DNA from: Cyanophora paradoxa CCMP329
Lineage: Eukaryota > Plantae > Glaucophyta
Assembly: GCA_004431415.1 (NCBI GenBank)
Contig: QPMI01000579.1
Span: forward strand, 1-64,000
Direction: 5' to 3'
DNA length: 64,000 nt
A program made the translations under genes and the position numbers. This document shows positions 1 through 6,665 of this stretch, in pieces (the stretch's first letter is position 1; every line of letters starts with the position of its first letter). The notes below the pieces were generated by a model. The model was not told the DNA's origin, made no database searches, and saw only the letters and a program-made list of their open reading frames with translations.

Positions 1-1437
1 GGTGCGAGTAGGGGCCCCGTGACCAGCCACTTGACCGAAGTGGTTGCCATTGGGGCTCTTGTCCGCCACTGGACGACATTGGAACTCGACAGTGTAAATG
101 TCGTTGTATCCGAAGCGTCCAGCATCAAAACCAGCCCCGATGCCACCGGCGGGGCTGAGGCGGACGTGGGAGTGATAGCCGACGAATTCGACGCCGGGCC
201 CTCCTCACCCACAATGTTGACGGCCTTCACATAGTATGTGTTAACCACAAAGGACGATGCAGTGGTGTCCGTGTATGGGCTCGTAACATTATGCCCAATC
301 TCCTCTGTCCCTCTGTACACGTTGTAGGAGGTGGCCACGCCAACTGCAGGGGGGGTCCAGGTGATGGCAACGCTGGGAGAATCCGACGAGGGTTGTGAAG
401 TGGAGATTGAGGCCGGTGCTGCCGGATCTGTGGTGACGTGAATGGCCACGCTCTTCAGTCCCTCTCCTGCCGAGTTCGTCGCGGAGACCTGGTACCCGTA
501 CCCCGTACCCCAGACCGTGGTCGCGTCGCTGTATGAGTTGGTCGCGGAGTCTGCGAGGTAGGCCCCGTCTCTGTAAATCTTGTACCCCGTTGCTCCCGTG
601 GAAGCACTCCAGTTGAGGCTGACGGGCTGCTGCTGATCGTTGGGTGCGGTCGCCGTCACGTTCGTGGGTGCGTTCGGCATCGTCCAGACCGGGAGTGGAT
701 CGGACTTTTCGTATTCGACCCCGCCCACGATGCCGGCCACCTGGTAGGAGTATTCCGTACCCCATGCGAGGGCAGTGCTATCGTCAATGTACGAGGTAGA
801 TAGTCCGCTGCTCGCGAATCCGATGGGGGTACCATCTCTGTAAATGCGAATCGAGTCCGCGCCCTCCATGGCCACCCAGTTGATTGTGACAACAAAGGTG
901 GGCTTCGGGAAGCCCGCGGACGCAGGGCCGCCCCCTGCGATAAAATCGCCGTAGGTCTGGGCCGTGGCGGTCGTGAGCGCAGTGTACGCCTCGATCGTGG
1001 GCGTGGAGCCGCCTATGCCTTGGAATTGAATGTAATTGCTCCTCGCGCCCTCGTGGGTGTAGAGCAGCGACTGTGCGTACGTGGTGGGGGGCACTTTGCC
1101 GTCCGAGCCTGTGCTGCTGCTGCCCTGCTCGCGAACCGCAGCCACCCGGTAGAGTCGGAGCTCGCCGAAATTAAAGGGCGAGTTCGTGTATGTGAGCGTG
1201 GGTGCGTTCACCGTGGCCACCAGCGTCCAGGTGCCGTTGAGGCTCGGTGCCCTATACACATTGTACTTGACGGCGTCGGTGACGGCGACCCAATTCATTT
1301 GAAATCCAAAGGTACCGCCCCATTGTTGAGCACTGAGCCCGATCGGATCTGGGCCTGCCCACCGTGAGCGAGATCGGCTCCACGCCATACTGCGGCGCCT
1401 GCACCACCTGCTTCTTCACGAATACGAAGCGGGGCAT
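1..1437 (-). CDS. Fibronectin type III repeat protein followed by a ConA/LamG-like lectin module (virion fibre/adhesin-like); 3' partial, two apparent 1-nt indels
   Basis: The minus frame is open from about 1357 off the window edge, so it is absent from the ORF track. It contains FN3 motifs MNWVAVTDAVKYNVYR, LNWSASTGATGYKIYRDG...YQVSATNSAGEG and WTPP...SYNVYRG...YYVKAVNIVGEEGPAS, then GLVLMLDASD...VVQW/DKSPNGNH. ATG at 1437; indels at about 1358-1360 and about 65. Confidence 0.75.
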
Positions 1438-1476
1438 GTTCCTCTACGATCCGAAAAAATATCTGCGCCGGGGTAA

Positions 1477-2156
1477 ATGACTTCCAACTGGTACCAGACC
1501 CTCAGCGGCTCACTTGACGTTGGCAACAACACCAAGGATTTCGCGCGCATCCCTCCGGCAGTTACGTCGACGTCTTTCTGCAAAATCCCGTCGTGATTCA
1601 GGTCGTTCAGAACGCCTACGCCACGCCCAAGATTTACTCCTATCAGCTCTTCTTCGACCCTTTGAGCCTCAGCGCAGAGGTCATCGAGCTGCTGCACGAA
1701 TCCGGCCTCGTGAAAAAGGTGGCGCCGGCGACAGCCACGGCCAACGTCCTGCGCTGTTTGGAAGTTAAGTTCAGGGAGACGGGGTACGGCCCCACCGTGA
1801 ACCAGTACACCAGTACCGACCTGCCGGGGACGGGTGCGTATACGGCGCGGGGTACGCTCAAGGGCGACGTGCTCTTCACAAAATTCAATCCGAGTCCCGC
1901 CACCCTGGGGGCCCTCTACACGGGCGGCAACCCGCGCGCTTCCGGGCTACCCCGCTTTCCCTTCACCTTCTTCAAGTTCCAGGTCTTCCCCCTCACGTAC
2001 GCCGCAGACCAGCCCCATTTCAGCACGGGCGCCAGCCTCTGCGCGGAGCTGCGCGAGTGCTCGATTTCCTACAGGCACACCACCGGCTCCGACGCCGTGC
2101 AGCCCGCGGCCCGCATCTCGGGCATCGGCAACGACATCGCCCTCTTCTACGGATAA
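1477..2156 (+). CDS. Element orphan protein, paralog A (beta-rich, putative structural); one apparent 1-nt deletion
   Basis: ATG at 1477 (MTSNWYQTLSGSLDVG...). Adding one C to the C-run at 1551-1553 joins it to ORF 1593..2156 (SYVDVFLQNPVVIQVV...LEVKF...PRFPFTFFKFQVF). Confidence 0.6.
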
Positions 2157-2179
2157 TCTTTCTCATTCGAGATCGCAAA

Positions 2180-2959
2180 ATGCCGACCACCTCGGCCACC
2201 ATCGTGAAGACCGTGCTGCCTACCCCGATTTCTACGGCGACACCGTAGCGGCCAACGCTGGACGGATTCCGTGGTCTGGGACGGCAACTACGCCTCCATG
2301 CTGACCGTGAAAATCCAGAATCCAGTCATGCTGCGCATCACCTCCAACGACTTCGAGAATCCCGCCTCCTGCTCCGTGTACGTGTACTTTGACATCGACT
2401 CGGGCGTGAGCGCGGACGAGGCCGAGGCCTCTGGCTTTCCGGCCTCCTTAAAAAGATAGAGCCCTCCGTACCCGATCGGCCCGCGATTCGCGTGCTCGAG
2501 CTCAAGTTCACTGCGAACACCGCCCTCACCCGCACATTTAATGGCGGCTCCAAGACTCACATCGACGGTGCTGCCATCGATAGCACGCGCAAAACTACAC
2601 AGGCCGTCCCCTTTGAGATGTACAACCTCTGGAAGATGACCGCAAAGGAGATGATGACGAATGCCACCACGGGCGGAGTCTCGGGTACCTTGTTTTCCTA
2701 CGATTCCTCGAATCCCCGTACCCAGGTCTGGCCCCGGCTTCTCTTCACGAAATTCACTTTCAAATTGTACAACAACATTGCGGGTATGCCTACCTCTGGA
2801 ATGGTCGTGGGCTCTACCCTCATGGCCGAGCTGATAGAAGCGGAGGCCGACTACACCACCGCCACCACCAACCCTGCAAACGGCACGGCTACAAACTACG
2901 TAGCCTGGAGCACGATCGACCGTGAGTACGACACTAAGATTCACACCACTAGCATCTAG
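2180..2959 (+). CDS. Element orphan protein, paralog B; two apparent 1-nt indels
   Basis: CAAAATG at 2180. Fragments 2271..2459 and 2492..2959 join if one A is added at 2450-2454. Shares QNPV, KK..P, LE[LV]KF and PR..FT.F.F motifs with paralog A. Confidence 0.6.
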
Positions 2960-3314
2960 ACTGGCTAAGCTGCATTAGCGCCTGCGCCGCCTCCATCATC
3001 TCCCGAATCTCCTCGCTCTTCTCCTGCAAATTGGCGTACCCCCTCCTCTTCTTGCGAATCTCCGACATCGATGCCCAGCGCAGGTTCTCCCTCCTGTAGT
3101 CCAGCGGGTTGCCGTTGATGTGTTCCACGTAGCGTCCACGCGGCGACTTCCCGAGGATCAGCTGGGAGAGGTAGTGCTTGCGCCCTCCGAACGTCTTGCT
3201 CACCCTGTCCCTGTCCACTCTCCAGGGAAACTCCAAGGCACTCGGGGGTACGTCCGAGTTGACCAGGACGTTGTAGGCGACGTCTTGCGAGTCGGTGCAC
3301 CGGAGCAGGGCCAT
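2949..3314 (-). CDS. HNH_3-like endonuclease domain protein (possibly degenerate)
   Basis: YLSQLILG...YVEHINGNPLDYRRENLRWAS matches the HNH_3 pattern (HRLI...VDHINGNxLDNRxxNLR) with substitutions. Confidence 0.75.
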   Translation of the reverse strand: MALLRCTDSQDVAYNVLVNSDVPPSALEFPWRVDRDRVSKTFGGRKHYLSQLILGKSPRGRYVEHINGNPLDYRRENLRWASMSEIRKKRRGYANLQEKSEEIREMMEAAQALMQLSQSRC

Positions 3315-3338
3315 TTTGCCCTAGGTTCAGAAAAACCT

Positions 3339-3446
3339 GGGACTTGGGACTTGGGACTTGGGACTTGGGACTTGGGACTTGGGAAGAGTTGAAACCCAGG
3401 TCCCGGCCCAGACTTTCTCCAGGATCAGAAATTTGTCAGACAAGTC
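3339..3446 (+). repeat. (GGGACTT)6 array plus conserved GGGAAGAGTT... extension, copy 1
   Basis: Six exact GGGACTT units at 3339-3380, followed by about 65 bp similar to copy 2. Confidence 0.95.
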
Positions 3447-3477
3447 AGGTGAGTTTTTCTACCGACTTTTTTAATCA

Positions 3478-3556
3478 TAGTCTTTTTTACTCGTAGTCTT
3501 TTTTACTCGTAGTCTTTTTTACTCGTAGTCTTTTTTACTCGTAGTCTTTTTTACTC
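3478..3556 (+). repeat. 16-bp tandem repeat TAGTCTTTTTTACTCG x5
   Basis: Units start at 3478, 3494, 3510, 3526 and 3542 (last unit lacks the final G). Confidence 0.95.
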
Positions 3557-3685
3557 TTACCATCTTTCGTAACCGTAATCGTACCCCCTGTCACACGACA
3601 TCACACTTGAAATCTCACCTGGAATGTCACCAGAAACGTCGTATGCGGAATTCCGTACCCCTTTCTAAGTCTGCCCGGTGGTTAG

Positions 3686-3790
3686 GGACTTGGTGCAGCA
3701 AACTCTCGGATCCAGTGAAACTCTGGGCCCAGACCCTGAGTCTAACTCTTCCCAAGTCCCAAGTCCCAAGTCCCAAGTCCCAAGTCCCAG
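3686..3790 (-). repeat. (GGGACTT)5 array plus conserved extension, copy 2 (inverted relative to copy 1)
   Basis: Five AAGTCCC units at 3754-3788 preceded by AACTCTTCCC. The reverse complement reads GGGAAGAGTTAGACTCAGGGTCTGGGCCCAGAGTTTC. Confidence 0.95.
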
Positions 3791-3862
3791 GATCGCGCCA
3801 AGTCGTAACTGAATAGTCGGCCAATTTTTACAAGTATGTACAATGGAATGACGCAATACTAT

Positions 3863-4915
3863 TTACAGCATCTCAAAGTCAGAGTCATCATCGGAAACCA
3901 AGTCAATCGGGGCCTCGGGCGCCGACTTAAGGGGAATGCGGGGAAGGGCCTGCGCTGCCTGCACTAAGTCCTGCCGCTCCTGCTCGCGCTGCGCCGCCAA
4001 GGCCGCTGCCGCCTCTGCCTCGCGCCGCTGCTGAGCCTCGACGCGCGCCCTAAGTTCCGCTGCCTCCTTCTTCTTGCGCTCGGCAATCTTGGCCAGCGTC
4101 ATCTCGCGACGAAGAAGGCGCTCGTGACGCAACTTGCGCCGGAGTTCGGCCATTTCGCGCTTGGCGATGATGCGCTTCTCAATGGTCTTGACGTGCTGAG
4201 TCAGGCGCTCGGTGTAGTGTGACGTCACGCGAGAACGGGCAATGCCAGCGCCGATCTTCAAGTCTTTTTCGTGTTCCTTGGCGGGATTCTTGACTCGCTC
4301 GGAGTTGTCGGTGAATGACGTGGTCTCCATGAACTTCTTCTTGACGATTGACTTGGTCTTGATAATGCGGCGCTTGCGAGTCGGGTTTTCGTTGTCGCCT
4401 TCAGAGTCGGAAGAGGACTCAGAGTCGTATGGAATCGGCACGTCAAAGTCGATAAAGTCGTTGATGTCAGACTCGGCGTCAGAGGCCTCGGACTCGGCGT
4501 CATCGACTGGCTCGGGAGCGGGCTCGGCGACGGGCTGAGGGGCAGATGACGACGATGACGGAGGGGGGTAATTCGTGAAGACTTGAGGGGGATAGGCCCA
4601 GGCGAGCGTCTCGGCGGCAGACTCGGCGAAAAGCTTGGGGTCGCCCCAGCCAGTGGGAGTCTTGACCCAGCCGGGGACGGGGGGCACGTCGACGGGCTCG
4701 GGCTTGGGCTCGGGCTTGGGTTGCTTGGACTTGGGCAGAAGGGAGGATACAAAGTTGAGGTTGATGGTATGGAAGCCTTCTCCGCTGTGAGCTTGGTAGA
4801 GGTACCCCAGCTTGCGGGCACGCTTCTCCATTTCACGGGTAGGCCAATCGCGGGACTTAGCCCACATCTCACGGGCCTTGGCAAGGTCCTCGACAAGCTC
4901 AGAGGGAATCGACAT
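3863..4915 (-). CDS. Element orphan protein (about 350 aa): Pro-rich and acidic segments, basic NLS-like patch, C-terminal coiled coil, SIM-like tail
   Basis: Intact ORF from ATG 4915 (MSIPSELVEDL...) containing RKRRIIK and ending PIDLVSDDDSDFEML. Confidence 0.7.
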   Translation of the reverse strand: MSIPSELVEDLAKAREMWAKSRDWPTREMEKRARKLGYLYQAHSGEGFHTINLNFVSSLLPKSKQPKPEPKPEPVDVPPVPGWVKTPTGWGDPKLFAESAAETLAWAYPPQVFTNYPPPSSSSSAPQPVAEPAPEPVDDAESEASDAESDINDFIDFDVPIPYDSESSSDSEGDNENPTRKRRIIKTKSIVKKKFMETTSFTDNSERVKNPAKEHEKDLKIGAGIARSRVTSHYTERLTQHVKTIEKRIIAKREMAELRRKLRHERLLRREMTLAKIAERKKKEAAELRARVEAQQRREAEAAAALAAQREQERQDLVQAAQALPRIPLKSAPEAPIDLVSDDDSDFEML

Positions 4916-5253
4916 CTGCGCAAAGGGAAGAGAGATCAGCAAAGGCAAAACGTGAGGTGACTGAGAGAGCGGACTTGTGAAAATTCGGAGAGGCAGGGTT
5001 TCCTTGGGCTGAGAGAAGGCGGCGAACCCGTTTCAAGAGTGAGGCAAAATGGCGGCGGACCGCGGTTTTGTTGCCGATTTTTTTCGCGGTCTAGTTCGCA
5101 ACGGAAAACGTTGCCAACTGGCCTGAAAAAAGCCAAATTTAGCGTTGGACCGAAGACAGAAAAAGGAGCCGGCCTGACGGAAATTGCCCGAGTGCGTCCG
5201 CCGAAGGTCGAGTCTCGGATGGGGGGTACACCCTCAGGGGGCCCCCTGGCCCC

Positions 5254-5724
5254 TCACCCTGGTAGTACCCTCTCAAGGGGATTTTCGAAGCCGTACAATT
5301 CTTGGTAAGTCTCGTAATCCGGGCTGTACCCCCTCACAATCTGCGGGAGCCCCATTGAAAGCCTCCGTCTATCCTCTCTCAATTCCCTGCGGAAAAGTCT
5401 ACGGTCTTCTCGAGCTTCGCGCGTCACGCCAGCTGGGCGTGGTCTATGATTGTTAGGGTTGTCGTAGCCTGGTCCCACCAGCCTCACGAAATTTTCGCGT
5501 ATGGCCTCGGGGAGACTCTGGAAACGGTTCGTTGCGTGGAACTCGATCCATTCATTGAATCGACGCGGATATTGACGGATGACTTCAAGCACGCCCTGTG
5601 TGTTGGGCTCTGGTGTTATGTCGGGAATGTCATGTCCTGTGAGGTGCCAACGCCAGAACTCGCGCAGCCTCTCGAATGCCATATTCAACTCAAAGGGGAA
5701 ATCGTAATAGAGATTGCCTGACAT
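5254..5724 (-). CDS. Element orphan protein (156 aa)
   Basis: GAAAAATG at 5724 (MSGNLYYDFPFELN...), directly downstream of repeat copy 3. The upstream part of the 292-aa track ORF is repeat read-through. Confidence 0.65.
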   Translation of the reverse strand: MSGNLYYDFPFELNMAFERLREFWRWHLTGHDIPDITPEPNTQGVLEVIRQYPRRFNEWIEFHATNRFQSLPEAIRENFVRLVGPGYDNPNNHRPRPAGVTREAREDRRLFRRELREDRRRLSMGLPQIVRGYSPDYETYQELYGFENPLERVLPG

Positions 5725-5756
5725 TTTTCTCCCCGTCCGAAAATTTCCCCGCTTTT

Positions 5757-5830
5757 GAGTCCAGACTCTGATTCTAACTCTTCCCAAGTCCCAAGTCCCA
5801 AGTCCCAAGTCCCAAGTCCCAAGTCCCAGG
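5757..5830 (-). repeat. (GGGACTT)6 array plus conserved extension, copy 3
   Basis: Six AAGTCCC units at 5786-5827. The reverse-complement flank is GGGAAGAGTTAGAATCAGAGTCTGG. Confidence 0.95.
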
Positions 5831-5961
5831 TCACATTTTTCTCCCATTTTGACTCGAGATTTTGCCCAAGTCCAAATCCGGCCCCGGGATTCGAACCCTC
5901 GTTTTGGGTCGATTTCACGCGTGAAAAACGCACTTTTCGGCCTTTTCCGATTTTTCCTTTC

Positions 5962-6069
5962 TCGCGATCGCAGAAATGCCCCCGATCTCGAAATCGCGAT
6001 CGAAAAGGGTCGCGATCGGGAGAAAGTCGCGATCACCAGGGTCGCGATCGGCTCGTGATCGCCGCGATC
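5962..6069 (+). repeat. Subterminal TCGCGATC array
   Basis: Exact copies at 5962, 5994, 6010, 6027 and 6042; variants at 6053 and 6062. Confidence 0.85.
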
Positions 6070-6665
6070 GCCAGCCTCGGAAGGGGTACCCCCACAGCTG
6101 TTGCGGCGGTTATAAGAACCTCCGCAATCCAAGCGTCACTTCCGAGTCTCGAGCTCTCGGAGTTGACTTTTCGCGTTTGGCCCATTGATGGCCCTCCTAT
6201 ATAGAGCTCTAACTCGCGCGCGCTTCCATGCCCGATTGCGATCGCACTCGGATCCGGGATCCGGACGTGCACGAAAGCTCCGGATTCTAGGTGCTGTACC
6301 CCGGCGCGCCCAGGTTCTGGATCGCGCGGCGGCCCGGCGGGTCGGTCCGCGCGGGGCCGGCTCGCAGAGGCTTCCCGCGCGGAGCACTCTGACCGTCATA
6401 TGCACCGAACTGCAGTGAAGTACTGGAGTAGTACTAGTCTTCCGAAGTTCGCTGCGCGCGCCCTCTGGTTCATCGGGTTGCCGGCCAGGCGGCGAGCTAC
6501 TGCATCGGCCATCTTTGCGGCTTGCATCGTGCGGCGCAATCAAGAGAGCGCCCCCCGTGCCGGCGCCGGCGCAATCTCAGCCGCAACTTCGAGTTAACGT
6601 TCACGGCGCGCGCGCCCTTCCCTTAAGCTTGAGCTTGCGGCGGCGCGGCGGGCGTGCCGGTCGCG

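Larger units (their letters stand above)
1..6170. mobile_element. Endogenous virus-like element (Polinton-like virus/EVE type), partial; continues beyond the left edge
   Basis: Compact intron-less ORFs (FN3/lectin fibre-like, HNH, orphans) with A-rich start contexts (TAAATG, CAAAATG, GAAAAATG), lower GC than the flanking host DNA and dedicated repeat modules. Intron-rich host genes start at about 6.6 kb. No hallmark gene is visible, so the class is inferred and the right boundary is approximate. Confidence 0.7.

Noticed and set aside
1435-1438. Divergent genes sharing a CATG palindromic start
   Set aside because: The plus-strand ATG at 1436 gives only 14 codons. ATG 1477 explains paralog A with a single indel.
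3339-5830. GGGACTT or 16-bp arrays as CRISPR or true telomeres
   Set aside because: No spacers; the arrays are short, internal, in both orientations and have conserved non-telomeric flanks.
5964-6245. Cyanobacterial HIP1 (GCGATCGC) signature
   Set aside because: Only a few local copies, mostly within the TCGCGATC array; no window-wide enrichment is evident.
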